From positions 1 to 58,350 of IMG/VR virus record IMGVR_UViG_3300029815_000015: a stretch of 58,350 nt of DNA. One strand, given 5' to 3'. This document shows, piece by piece, positions 27,036-35,673 of this stretch (positions are counted from its first letter, which is position 1; each line of letters starts with the position of its first letter). The translations under genes were made by a program, and so were the position numbers. Origin of the DNA: a virus. The notes beneath the pieces were generated by a model. That model was not told the origin of the DNA, searched no databases, and was given only the letters and a program-made list of their open reading frames with translations.

Positions 27036-27455
27036 ATGAGATTAGGAAAGTATTTATCCTCATTGACTAAGCCGGAACTTGATGAAATTGAAAAAATTTG
27101 CAATTTCACCGAAGATGAAGAACAAATATTCAAATGCATATCAAAAGGCTATACATTAAGACAAATAGAGATGAAATGCAATATGTCGGAATCAACCGTC
27201 ATAAGAAGAGTATCAAGAATTGATTGGAAAATAAATAAGGCAAAGGAGATGATAGAAGTGAAAAAAGAAATTCCAGTATGTGAAAAGTATAACCTTACTA
27301 TTGAAGAAGCGTCGGCTTATTTTAATATTGGAAAGGATAGAATGAGGGAAATTGTGAACGAAAACAGAAATGAACTTGTTCTTGTTATAGGAAGAAAAAA
27401 CCTTATAAAAAGGAAAAAGATGGAAGAGTATCTTGACAGGACAATGGTTTTGTAA
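27036..27455 (+). CDS. DNA-binding protein with sigma-region-4-like HTH and excisionase-type HTH (Xis-like by position)
   Basis: YTLRQIEMKCNMSESTVIRRVSRI and YNLTIEEASAYFNIGKDRMREIV. Directly upstream of the integrase. Confidence 0.5.
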   Translation: MRLGKYLSSLTKPELDEIEKICNFTEDEEQIFKCISKGYTLRQIEMKCNMSESTVIRRVSRIDWKINKAKEMIEVKKEIPVCEKYNLTIEEASAYFNIGKDRMREIVNENRNELVLVIGRKNLIKRKKMEEYLDRTMVL

Positions 27456-27459
27456 CTTC

Positions 27460-27473
27460 CTATAAATAACTAT
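27460..27473 (+). repeat. 14-bp direct repeat CTATAAATAACTAT, copy 1
   Basis: Identical to 28876-28889. The two copies bracket the integrase gene. Confidence 0.9.
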
Positions 27474-27476
27474 TAT

Positions 27477-27505
27477 TTGCTACAGAGCGTTGTTAGTGAT
27501 ATAAT
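27477..27505 (+). promoter_or_regulatory. Promoter TTGCTA-17-TATAAT upstream of int
   Basis: -35 at 27477-27482, -10 at 27500-27505. Flanked by inverted repeat CAGAGCGTTGTT / AACAATGCTCT. Confidence 0.55.
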
Positions 27506-27548
27506 TATCTTTTAACAATGCTCTTTTCTTTAAGAAAGGAGAATGTGT

Positions 27549-28697
27549 ATGCCAAGCAGAAAAGATAACAAAGGAAGAGTATTAGAGAAAGGAGAAAGCC
27601 AAAGAACTGACGGTACTTATATGTACCGATGGACTGATTTATCAAAGAAACGTCAAGCAATATATGCCAAAACATTAAATGAACTACGACAAAAAGAGTT
27701 ACAAGTAACAAAAACTGAAATAATATCTGGTGTTTCTTGGGAAAGCAATAAAATAACAGTCCGGGAACTGATAGACAGGTATTTATCATTAAAAAAAGTC
27801 CGCATAACAACAGAACAGAAGTATAGATACCTAATAAATATGCTTGACAAGATACAGATATTGGATATTCCAATCAAAGACATAAAAACATCGTTGGCAA
27901 AGCGATATATGATTACCTTAAGCAATATAGGGTATTCGTATGGAACGGTTCAAAATGCAAAAACACTTTTGAAACCGGCTTTTCAGATGGCAGTCGAGGA
28001 TGATTATATAGTCAAAAATCCATTTCTATTCACTTTATCGAACATAATCGAAAACGATTCAAAGCAAAGATTTTCGATGAGTGAAGAAGAGGAAAATCAT
28101 TATATTGAATTTATTTCCAATCATGGATGGTTTCGACATATCTATGATGATGTGGTGATTCTTTTGAATACTGGAATGAGGGTAAGTGAATTATATGGAC
28201 TTACATTTAAGGATGTAGACCTCAAAAACAGAAGAATAAATGTAAATAAGCAATTGCACAGGATTGGTGGCAAATACGTTATTCTTCCACCAAAATCAAA
28301 AGCCGGTAATCGTATGCTTGCCATGAATGACGAAACAAGAAAAGCATTTATGCATAAAAGAACAGAAGTTAGACCAAAAGTAGAATATGCAATTGACGGA
28401 TATACTGGATTTGTTTTCATAAACCACTTGGGTTTTCCAAAAACAAGAAGAAATTTGGAAGGGTCGATGAGAGAAGTACGAAAAAAGCATATTGAACTTG
28501 GTCTTGGAGAGTTGCCGCAAATAACACCTCATGTGTTAAGGCATACATTCTGTAGCCGTATGGTTGAAAAAGGTATGAATGTAAAAACATTGCAATTAGT
28601 AATGGGTCATTCAGATATTTCCACAACATTAGATGTGTATACCCATAAGAAACCGGATGATGTTGCGAAAGAAATGGAACAATATGTTGCTATGTAA
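27549..28697 (+). CDS. int: Tyrosine integrase (Tn916-Int-like)
   Basis: N-terminus MPSRKDNKGRVLEKGESQRTDGTYMYRW. Catalytic HVLRHTFCS ... GHSDISTTLDVYTH. ATG 27549 lies 7 nt after AGGAG. Confidence 0.9.
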   Translation: MPSRKDNKGRVLEKGESQRTDGTYMYRWTDLSKKRQAIYAKTLNELRQKELQVTKTEIISGVSWESNKITVRELIDRYLSLKKVRITTEQKYRYLINMLDKIQILDIPIKDIKTSLAKRYMITLSNIGYSYGTVQNAKTLLKPAFQMAVEDDYIVKNPFLFTLSNIIENDSKQRFSMSEEEENHYIEFISNHGWFRHIYDDVVILLNTGMRVSELYGLTFKDVDLKNRRINVNKQLHRIGGKYVILPPKSKAGNRMLAMNDETRKAFMHKRTEVRPKVEYAIDGYTGFVFINHLGFPKTRRNLEGSMREVRKKHIELGLGELPQITPHVLRHTFCSRMVEKGMNVKTLQLVMGHSDISTTLDVYTHKKPDDVAKEMEQYVAM

Positions 28698-28699
28698 AA

Positions 28700-29050
28700 C
28701 GGTGTAATTGGTGTAAATTTGGTGTAAGTTAAAAAACAAAACGCTTAAAAGTACCGAAAAATGGTTGGTTATAAAAACTCTTACCATCTCGCCGCCTTTG
28801 AAATTTGAAATGTTCAAAATGGCGAAAATGCGTTGTTTTCGGTACATAGAGGATTTTTAACTTTCGTATAAATATCTATAAATAACTATATTTTTTAGGA
28901 AAATGGTGTATAAATGGTGTAAATAATTTAATACATTATTTTACACTAAACAAAGTACGTGATTATAAGAAAAGAGCATTGTTTCCAATAATACATATGA
29001 ATAAATTTTGAATGATTTCTGACGGTTTATCCGTCTTTTTTTGGTGTAAG
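28700..29050. other. Candidate attP region with arm-type repeats
   Basis: GGTGTA(A/T) at 28702, 28711, 28722, 28905, 28916 and 29043. 10-bp inverted repeat GTACCGAAAA/TTTTCGGTAC (28752-28761, 28837-28846). No ORFs. Confidence 0.5.
28876..28889 (+). repeat. 14-bp direct repeat CTATAAATAACTAT, copy 2
   Basis: Identical to 27460-27473. Confidence 0.9.
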
Positions 29051-29074
29051 TTTTAATTGTAAGGAGTGATTGAT

Positions 29075-29239
29075 ATGTTCAAAGACGAGATTCTTGAAAT
29101 GATTTTTAGCGAAAATGAAATGCAGAGAATACCTATTGGAACGCAGGCTACAGCCGTTAGCGTGTTTGAAAATGTTATTGGCAAAATAAGAAAGGAGAAT
29201 CCGGATGCAAAATTATCAGAACTTTTATCCGATGAATAA
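29075..29239 (+). CDS. Hypothetical small protein (54 aa)
   Basis: SD AAGGAG 8 nt upstream of ATG. Overlaps the next ORF by 35 nt. Confidence 0.4.
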   Translation: MFKDEILEMIFSENEMQRIPIGTQATAVSVFENVIGKIRKENPDAKLSELLSDE

Positions 29240-29729
29240 TGGATATGTTCAAAATCCATACGCAGAAAGAATGAACTTTTTGCAAAATTGTCAGCAGAAC
29301 TTACAACCGCCTATGCAGAACTCTCAAATGCAGGCAACATCACAGCAAACAAGTTTTATTGGAAAAGTTGTTGATAGCATTGACGTTGTAAAAGCAACAG
29401 ACATTCCGATGGATGGAAATATATATTATTTCCCAAAAGCAGACGGGACAGAAATATTTGGAAAACAATGGCTTGCAAATGGAAGAACTCATATTTTGAC
29501 TTTTAAGCCAGTTTTAGATACAGAACCTAACAATCCGACACAGGACAACTCAAAAAGTCAAATAGGCATATCAGAAGAGGTCACAGAAGTAATTATGAAA
29601 AGATTCGATGAGTTAGAAAACAAAATTTCTAACTTGGAATCGTCTTTAACTAAAACTTCGACTAAATCTTCGAATAGAAGCACTAAATCTTCGACTACGA
29701 CTAAAAAGGAGAGTGATACAGATGCTTAA
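29205..29729 (+). CDS. Q/N/M/P-rich N-terminus, Ser/Thr/Lys-rich C-terminus protein (174 aa)
   Basis: SD AAGGAG. MQNYQNFYPMNNGYVQNPY..QQNLQPPMQNSQMQ.. then a globular segment and a ..KTSTKSSNRSTKSSTTTKK tail. Confidence 0.6.
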   Translation: MQNYQNFYPMNNGYVQNPYAERMNFLQNCQQNLQPPMQNSQMQATSQQTSFIGKVVDSIDVVKATDIPMDGNIYYFPKADGTEIFGKQWLANGRTHILTFKPVLDTEPNNPTQDNSKSQIGISEEVTEVIMKRFDELENKISNLESSLTKTSTKSSNRSTKSSTTTKKESDTDA

Positions 29730-29955
29730 TCCAATTAGTTTTATGAAAGCAATGAGAAATCCACAGAAATTTTTAGAAGAAATTACAAAAAACAATGAAG
29801 TTATGAGTAACCCTATGGCGAAAAATGCTATTGAGATGTATAGAAATGGAGATTCAAAAGGATTACAGGAATTTGCAGAAAACGTCTGCAAAGAAAAAGG
29901 AACTACACCGGATGAAATAAGAAAATCAATTATGCAAAGATGCAATTTACGTTAG
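29722..29955 (+). CDS. Hypothetical protein (77 aa)
   Basis: ATG 29722 lies 8 nt after AAGGAGAG. Confidence 0.55.
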   Translation: MLNPISFMKAMRNPQKFLEEITKNNEVMSNPMAKNAIEMYRNGDSKGLQEFAENVCKEKGTTPDEIRKSIMQRCNLR

Positions 29956-30021
29956 TACATTTTGGGTTGTGCGCTTAAAACTAGTTTCCCATTTGTAAAT
30001 AAAACAATGGAGGTAAACAAA

Positions 30022-30741
30022 ATGTTTAACGGAAATTCACCTAGTCTTGCCGATATTGCGGCAGTGACAGGAAACAACAAAGACGGCTGGGGCGATGGAA
30101 ACGGCTGGTGGGTCTTGATTATCTTATTTGCTATTTTTGGCGGATGGGGTAATGGCTTTGGCGGCGGTTACGGCAACGGCGGTGACAGAGCATCCGTTCC
30201 TTGTGCTACACAGGCAGATGTTAGAGCCGCAGTAGACCAGCAGACGCTTATTAGCAAACTCGACCAGCAGACATACGGACTGGCAGACAGTAACTATGCG
30301 CTGAACAACACAATCAACAGCAATTTCAGAACTCTTGATAACTCAATCTGTACGCTTGGTTTTCAGAACCAGCAGGGATTCAATGACGTATCTCATCAGA
30401 TTTCCGACTGCTGCTGTGCAACAAGAGAAGCTATTCAGGGCGTGAATTACAACATTTCAACGCAGACAAACGCACTCCAGAACTCTATGTGCAACAATAC
30501 AAGAGATATTATCGACAATCAGAACGCAAACACAAGAAGCATCCTTGACTTCCTTGTAAACGACAAATTGTCTACTTTGCAGACTGAAAATCAGAACCTT
30601 AAATTGGCGGCTTCACAGTCAGAGCAGAACCAATATCTTGTAAGCCAGTTGCGACCTACTGCCGTACCAGCTTACATCACTTGCTCACCTTACCAGTCCG
30701 CTTATGGAGTAGGTCTTAACAACGGTTGCGGTTGTTGCTAA
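30022..30741 (+). CDS. Gly/Trp-rich membrane-anchored, Asn/Gln/Cys-rich protein (239 aa)
   Basis: DGWGDGNGWWVLIILFAIFGGWGNGFGGGYGNGG. Long N/Q-rich region with CCC and a terminal GCGCC. SD GGAGGT. Confidence 0.6.
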   Translation: MFNGNSPSLADIAAVTGNNKDGWGDGNGWWVLIILFAIFGGWGNGFGGGYGNGGDRASVPCATQADVRAAVDQQTLISKLDQQTYGLADSNYALNNTINSNFRTLDNSICTLGFQNQQGFNDVSHQISDCCCATREAIQGVNYNISTQTNALQNSMCNNTRDIIDNQNANTRSILDFLVNDKLSTLQTENQNLKLAASQSEQNQYLVSQLRPTAVPAYITCSPYQSAYGVGLNNGCGCC

Positions 30742-30802
30742 TATGCAGAAGAATCAAAACAGAATATCAGAAAAACTCGCCGAAATAGGCTGATTATTAC
30801 TC

Positions 30803-30840
30803 TATGGGATAGGTCTATGGCTTATCCCATATTGATTTTT
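30803..30840 (+). terminator. Intrinsic terminator
   Basis: 9-bp stem TATGGGATA/TATCCCATA, then TTGATTTTT. Confidence 0.65.
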
Positions 30841-30852
30841 AGGAGGTAGATT

Positions 30853-31263
30853 ATGAGTAATTGCAAAAACGTATGCAAACTTTGCAAGAAATTGATTATA
30901 AGTCAGGCAGTTACATTTACTGCCGGTACTGGTCTTATTATCAGAATACCGGAAGGAAGTTATAACGATGATTCAAAATATTGCATTGTTGTGGCACAGA
31001 GCATTCCGGCAGAAACAACAATTTCTGCTCCGGTATATATCCAGATTGGAACTGGTACGGTACTTTACCCACTGACAAAATGTGATTGTACGCAGGCAAC
31101 GGCTTGTAGTATCAGAACAAGAACAAAATACAGTACAAGAGTTGAAACCACGTCAAATAGCGGGGTTTTCAAATTGCTTGGAAGAATTGCTTGTGCTCCA
31201 GACAACAGATTAAATGCAATAAACGGTGATGGAACTCTTGTTACAACCGGTGGAGGTGATTGA
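30853..31263 (+). CDS. Cys-rich hypothetical protein (136 aa)
   Basis: SD AGGAGGT. MSNCKNVCKLCKK.. N-terminus, beta-rich body. Confidence 0.6.
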   Translation: MSNCKNVCKLCKKLIISQAVTFTAGTGLIIRIPEGSYNDDSKYCIVVAQSIPAETTISAPVYIQIGTGTVLYPLTKCDCTQATACSIRTRTKYSTRVETTSNSGVFKLLGRIACAPDNRLNAINGDGTLVTTGGGD

Positions 31264-31264
31264 G

Positions 31265-31921
31265 ATGGATATTAAAAGAATGCATTGTATGATTGAAAAA
31301 CTTTCCGAATGTGCCAAAAGCGAAATGGAATCTGGAATCGAAAATGTTGATACTTGCGAAATGGGAAAAGTAGTAGACATGATGAAAGATTTGTCGGAAG
31401 CAATGTACTACAGAACCTTGACAAAGGCAATGGATGAATCAAACTTGGAAGAAACGCTTGAAATGTTTGAGCGTTACGGAGACGGAAGAAGATTTTATGA
31501 CAAATACCGATACGCTGACGGAAGATTTGCTCCAAAAGGACGTGGAACGTACCGTAGAGGATATGACGAACCATACTACCATATGACGCCGGAAATGTAC
31601 CGAGAACATGACCCGGAATGGTACAGAGATATGGATAAACACAGAGACGGTCTTATGTATTACACTGATACCGGAATGGATAAAAACATGAAGATGAGAG
31701 ATTCCAGAGAGGGCAGAAGCGGAATGAGCCGTATGTCGTACATGGAATCAAAGGAAATGCACAAAGCAGACACACCGGCGGATAAACAGTACAAAATGAA
31801 AGAGTTAGAAAAGTACATGGGTGAATTATCAAAAGACATTACGGAAATGATTGCGGATAGTTCGCAGGAAGAAAAAAATTTACTCAAAGCCAAAATGCAA
31901 ACATTGTTGCAGAAGTTTTAA
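31265..31921 (+). CDS. Arg/Tyr/Asp/Met-rich hypothetical protein (218 aa)
   Basis: ATG 31265 after GGAGGTG. ..RRFYDKYRYADGRFAPKGRGTYRRGYDEPYYHM.. low-complexity core. Confidence 0.6.
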   Translation: MDIKRMHCMIEKLSECAKSEMESGIENVDTCEMGKVVDMMKDLSEAMYYRTLTKAMDESNLEETLEMFERYGDGRRFYDKYRYADGRFAPKGRGTYRRGYDEPYYHMTPEMYREHDPEWYRDMDKHRDGLMYYTDTGMDKNMKMRDSREGRSGMSRMSYMESKEMHKADTPADKQYKMKELEKYMGELSKDITEMIADSSQEEKNLLKAKMQTLLQKF

Positions 31922-31934
31922 CAAAAACAAATTA

Positions 31935-31958
31935 AAGGGGCGTAATTGCCCCTTTTTG
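31935..31958 (+). terminator. Intrinsic terminator
   Basis: Stem AAGGGGC/GCCCCTT with a T-run. Confidence 0.75.
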
Positions 31959-31982
31959 ATTGGAGTGGTTAGATTGTATACT

Positions 31983-32291
31983 ATGAATGGTTTTGTTTGG
32001 AATATAGTAACAGTATCACCTTATAGCAATATGTTACAAAGAAGTGACGGAAGTTATACTTGCGGAATGTGCGATAGAAACAATCAAACAATTTATATAT
32101 CAAATATTTTGCGCGGCGGTTTTTTACGCAAAGTTTTGCTACATGAGATATGCCATAGCGCAATGTTTTCATACGGAATTGATATGACTTTGGAGCAGGA
32201 AGAAATGTTTTGCGACTTTTTGGCAACATACGCAGATGAAATAATTAGCATAACAAACAATGTATTCCAAACATTAAGAACTGCAATATAG
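31983..32291 (+). CDS. Small HExxH metallopeptidase-like protein (about 102 aa; ImmA/IrrE- or SprT-like)
   Basis: ..CGMCDRNNQTIYIS..LLHEICHSAMFSYGI... The start could also be an upstream TTG. Confidence 0.55.
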   Translation: MNGFVWNIVTVSPYSNMLQRSDGSYTCGMCDRNNQTIYISNILRGGFLRKVLLHEICHSAMFSYGIDMTLEQEEMFCDFLATYADEIISITNNVFQTLRTAI

Positions 32292-32348
32292 ACAAATATA
32301 GTCAAATATGATAATATATAATCAAAAATAAAAGAGGAGGTATTGCTC

Positions 32349-32657
32349 ATGGCTTTGATTAAATGCCCGGAGTGCGGAAAAGAAATAAGTGATAATGCAA
32401 ACAAATGTCCAAATTGTGGAAATCCCATGTATGTAAAAAAGAAACATTCTCCGCTTGGAATAGTCAGTGCAGTAATGTGCGGAATATCAATATTATTTCC
32501 AACACCGGGATATTCTACGATACTTGCCGTTCTTGCTATGTTACTGGCGATAATTGATTTAGTAAGGCAGGGGAAGAACAAATACATTATTGATGATTGG
32601 GTTGTTATTGTGATTGGTTTGCTTAATATTTTTGTTTTTAGGTTTTTGATAAAATAG
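32349..32657 (+). CDS. Zn-ribbon membrane protein (102 aa)
   Basis: MALIKCPECGKEISDNANKCPNCG followed by two hydrophobic helices. SD AGAGGAGGT. Confidence 0.65.
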   Translation: MALIKCPECGKEISDNANKCPNCGNPMYVKKKHSPLGIVSAVMCGISILFPTPGYSTILAVLAMLLAIIDLVRQGKNKYIIDDWVVIVIGLLNIFVFRFLIK

Positions 32658-32674
32658 AATAGGGGGATTCAGAA

Positions 32675-33040
32675 ATGTCATTGATAAGATGTCCGGAGTG
32701 TAAAGGTCAGGTAAGTGATACGGCAGAGAGTTGTCCACATTGTGGTTATATAATCTCTAAATCAAAGGAATTGAAGAATTCGTTCATTGCGAATATGTTA
32801 GCAGCAGTAACCAATGTTATTAGTTTAGTTGGAATATTGGTCGAAGAATATTATCTATTGGCACTTATTCCGCTCGCTTGGACGATTGGTTTTAAATGCT
32901 ATAGCTCATTTAGAGCAAACGAGGGATATGATGTTCAATATTATAAGAATCTTACGAAAGATAACTTAATTGCTTTTCTTATTATCCTTTGTTTTTCTGT
33001 GTTTTGGTATATAATGAAGAGCGGTATTTTATTTAGTTAG
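32675..33040 (+). CDS. Zn-ribbon membrane protein, paralogue of the preceding gene (121 aa)
   Basis: MSLIRCPECKGQVSDTAESCPHCG followed by hydrophobic helices. Confidence 0.65.
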   Translation: MSLIRCPECKGQVSDTAESCPHCGYIISKSKELKNSFIANMLAAVTNVISLVGILVEEYYLLALIPLAWTIGFKCYSSFRANEGYDVQYYKNLTKDNLIAFLIILCFSVFWYIMKSGILFS

Positions 33041-33063
33041 TATAGAGAAAGGTTGTAATTTAT

Positions 33064-33198
33064 ATGTGGAAAAGACTTTTGATAGTTATTTTGATTTGCG
33101 TTATATTCTTAGCAGTTTTTTATTTTGGCAGGTCATGCGTGATTGTGTATGATACTGGAGACAATATGCAGAGAGTAAATGAAATGCTTGATAACTAG
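33064..33198 (+). CDS. Small single-pass membrane protein (44 aa)
   Basis: MWKRLLIVILICVIFLAVFYF... Read by eye, below the ORF-track cut-off. Confidence 0.4.
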   Translation: MWKRLLIVILICVIFLAVFYFGRSCVIVYDTGDNMQRVNEMLDN

Positions 33199-33207
33199 AT
33201 TTATTGG

Positions 33208-33247
33208 ATAGAGACAGTATAATTTTATATTGTCTCTATTTTTTTTG
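33208..33247 (+). terminator. Intrinsic terminator
   Basis: 9-bp stem ATAGAGACA/TGTCTCTAT followed by T8. Confidence 0.8.
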
Positions 33248-33257
33248 CATTTAGGGG

Positions 33258-33286
33258 TTGACTTATGTGCGTGCATAATTTATAAT
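33258..33286 (+). promoter_or_regulatory. Consensus promoter TTGACT-17-TATAAT
   Basis: -35 at 33258-33263, 17-nt spacer, -10 at 33281-33286. Confidence 0.7.
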
Positions 33287-33324
33287 GATTTATGTAAGGA
33301 CATAAATAGAAAGGAGATGATAAT

Positions 33325-33504
33325 TTGTCACCAAGAACTGGTAGACCACCATTACAAGACGTTTCCAGAACAGAAAAACTCAATATCAGATTAACAAAGC
33401 AAGAGAAACAAGATATTGAGTATTGTTCAGAAAAATTAAATCTATCAAGGACTGATACGATAATAAAAGGAATTGGACTTGTAAAAAAGGAAATTGAAAA
33501 ATAA
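33325..33504 (+). CDS. Ribbon-helix-helix (CopG/MobC-like) small protein, 59 aa
   Basis: TTG start 8 nt after AAGGAG. SPRTGRPPL..KLNIRLTKQEKQDIEYCSEKLNLSRTDTII pattern. Preferred over the antisense track ORF 33225..33545. Confidence 0.55.
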   Translation: MSPRTGRPPLQDVSRTEKLNIRLTKQEKQDIEYCSEKLNLSRTDTIIKGIGLVKKEIEK

Positions 33505-33630
33505 AAGAGTAATCGTTTACCAACCAAAGCAACACGATTACTCAATCAAGCAACTCCATAAGGAATTGATAAATCTATTCTATCATTTTCTAGTGGAAAA
33601 TCAAGCATTATTTGAAAGTGAGGAAAAAAC

Positions 33631-33918
33631 ATGGAAGAATTATTAAAAATTGCTTATCGGAACTTTATGGACACAAAAGACATGAACAATTCCGAGGAAG
33701 TTTGTATTATCAACAAGAACTGGGAAACAGCGGAAGACGCCATTGCCCGTTTGAGAGACATATTAAACCCGAGCCTGTTTCAGAATATAGATGAATCAAT
33801 TCGCGATGGCATAGCAGATGTACAAGAAGCATCGTTTATTGCAGGATTTTCATACTGTGCTAAATTTCTGACAAACGGAAAGATTGATTTCTTCCCAGAG
33901 AAAGGTGGTGCTTGCTAA
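33631..33918 (+). CDS. Hypothetical protein (95 aa)
   Basis: ORF ends in a TAATG overlap with the next gene. Confidence 0.55.
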   Translation: MEELLKIAYRNFMDTKDMNNSEEVCIINKNWETAEDAIARLRDILNPSLFQNIDESIRDGIADVQEASFIAGFSYCAKFLTNGKIDFFPEKGGAC

Positions 33919-34595
33919 TGAACGAAGTAATTACCATTGAGAACACCGAAATGCAAATTAGAGAGTATGACGGTCAGAGAGTTGTGACTTTCAAGGATAT
34001 TGATACAGTTCATAAAAACAAAAACGGAACGGCACGACGTAGTTTTAATAGAAACAAAAAACATTTTATTGAGGGCGAGGATTATTTTTATTTAAAGAAA
34101 TCTAATGAGACAGATTCGTTCCAAGAAGAATTTTCTAATGAGACAGATTGTCCCATTAGAAATATAAAGATTCCAAACAAAGGAATAACGGTACTTACAG
34201 AGAGCGGTTATCTTATGGTTGTAAAGTCTCTTACAGACGATTTATCATGGGATGTGCAGCGACAACTTGTTAAAGCGTACTTCAAAGTAAAGCAGGAGAT
34301 TCCGGAACGCAAAACCTATCCGCTACTCGTAGAGGATAAATGGCTTGCAGAAATGGAACCAAACTTTGAGTATCTTTGCAAGCAATACAAACTTACGAGA
34401 AAAGGATTGTATCACAAGATTCTTTTGGACATTGGGAAATCATACAATGTAGATGATTACAAGATACTATATAAGTACGAAAAAGGTTACGAATCAAGGT
34501 TTGTTATGGAAGTTGTATCGTACTTTGCGGAACTAAGAGAAGAAGCAGAGAAAACCATACTGGAACACGTTGCAAGGAAGAAAAACAAGAAATAG
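33918..34595 (+). CDS. ORF6N/KilA-N-type antirepressor-like protein (225 aa)
   Basis: IREYDGQRVVTFKDIDTVH..ARRSFNRNKKHFIEGEDYF resembles the ORF6N domain. Confidence 0.6.
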   Translation: MNEVITIENTEMQIREYDGQRVVTFKDIDTVHKNKNGTARRSFNRNKKHFIEGEDYFYLKKSNETDSFQEEFSNETDCPIRNIKIPNKGITVLTESGYLMVVKSLTDDLSWDVQRQLVKAYFKVKQEIPERKTYPLLVEDKWLAEMEPNFEYLCKQYKLTRKGLYHKILLDIGKSYNVDDYKILYKYEKGYESRFVMEVVSYFAELREEAEKTILEHVARKKNKK

Positions 34596-34694
34596 AAAGA
34601 AAAGCACCGTGCGTGAGGAATATTGGGGTATGTACCCGATACGCACAAATGCTGTTTGCGTATCATAAAACTTTTGATAGGAGGAATACGAAGT

Positions 34695-35555
34695 ATGAAT
34701 GGTATAATTACCCCTACAAAAGATGAGATTAGTCCAACAATCGGCAGTGCGACGAATGTTGTTGAATTTACTAACGGAGAGTTTGGAAAAATACGCACAG
34801 TTACTATTGACGGAAGACCTTATTTTGTCGCAAATGATGTTGCAAAATCATTGGGTTATAAAGATGTAATTAACGCAATTAAACAACATTGCAGGTGGGT
34901 GGTAAAACACGACATACCACATCCACAAAGCAAAACTAAAACAATCGAAGTAAACGTTATTCCAGAAGGAGATATTTACAGATTGGTAGCAAGCAGTCAA
35001 CTCCCAAACGCAGAAAAGTTTGAAAATTGGCTATTTGATGAGGTACTTCCAACCATACGAAAGACTGGCGGCTATGTGAATAACGATGAATTGTTCATCA
35101 ATACATATTTGCCGTTCGCAGAGGAAAGCACAAAGGTATTATTCTTGCAGACTTTGCAGACTGTCAGAGAACAGAATGAGATTATCCAACGTCAGCAAAC
35201 GGAAATCAAGGAACAAAAGCAAGAAATCGTACACAAGGAAGATGTGATTATTGGACTTGTTGGAGATATTGACCTTGCGACCAAACGACAGAGGATTACC
35301 CAGATTGTCAGACACTGTAAAAACAAGCAGTACAAAGAAAGATACCGCTTGTTATATGGAGAGTTTGAAAGAAAATATCACTGCAATCTAAAGTTGCGTA
35401 TGGAGAGTGATATACTAAAGCCGAAAGCCAGAAATACTATGGACTATATAGACCGTGGTATGAACATGATTCCGGAACTCTATGAGATTGCTTGTAAGTT
35501 GTTTGAAAATGATGTTGAAGAACTGAAAGCTGAATGGGATTTTGTTGTGGCGTAA
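34695..35555 (+). CDS. Bro-N antirepressor, second copy (286 aa)
   Basis: FTNGEFGKIRTVTIDGRPYFVANDVAKSLGY.., FENWLFDEVLPTIRKTGGY. ATG 34695 after AGGAGGAA. Confidence 0.8.
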   Translation: MNGIITPTKDEISPTIGSATNVVEFTNGEFGKIRTVTIDGRPYFVANDVAKSLGYKDVINAIKQHCRWVVKHDIPHPQSKTKTIEVNVIPEGDIYRLVASSQLPNAEKFENWLFDEVLPTIRKTGGYVNNDELFINTYLPFAEESTKVLFLQTLQTVREQNEIIQRQQTEIKEQKQEIVHKEDVIIGLVGDIDLATKRQRITQIVRHCKNKQYKERYRLLYGEFERKYHCNLKLRMESDILKPKARNTMDYIDRGMNMIPELYEIACKLFENDVEELKAEWDFVVA

Positions 35556-35637
35556 ACTACGAGGATGAATAATTAAAATTGACAGCAGACAGTATAACAA
35601 TAGAGATAAATCTTGCGAAATGCGAGTTTATGATAAA

Positions 35638-35673
35638 CCCATCGACTAATACTTAGTTGGTGGGTTTTATTTT
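35638..35673 (+). terminator. Intrinsic terminator
   Basis: 11-bp stem CCCATCGACTA/TAGTTGGTGGG (two G-U pairs), then TTTTATTTT. Confidence 0.65.

Noticed and set aside
33225-33545. 106-aa minus-strand ORF
   Set aside because: The + strand has a consensus promoter, an AAGGAG SD and a 59-aa RHH-like ORF (33325..33504) in the same space. The minus ORF has no SD and would run into a + strand terminator/promoter pair.
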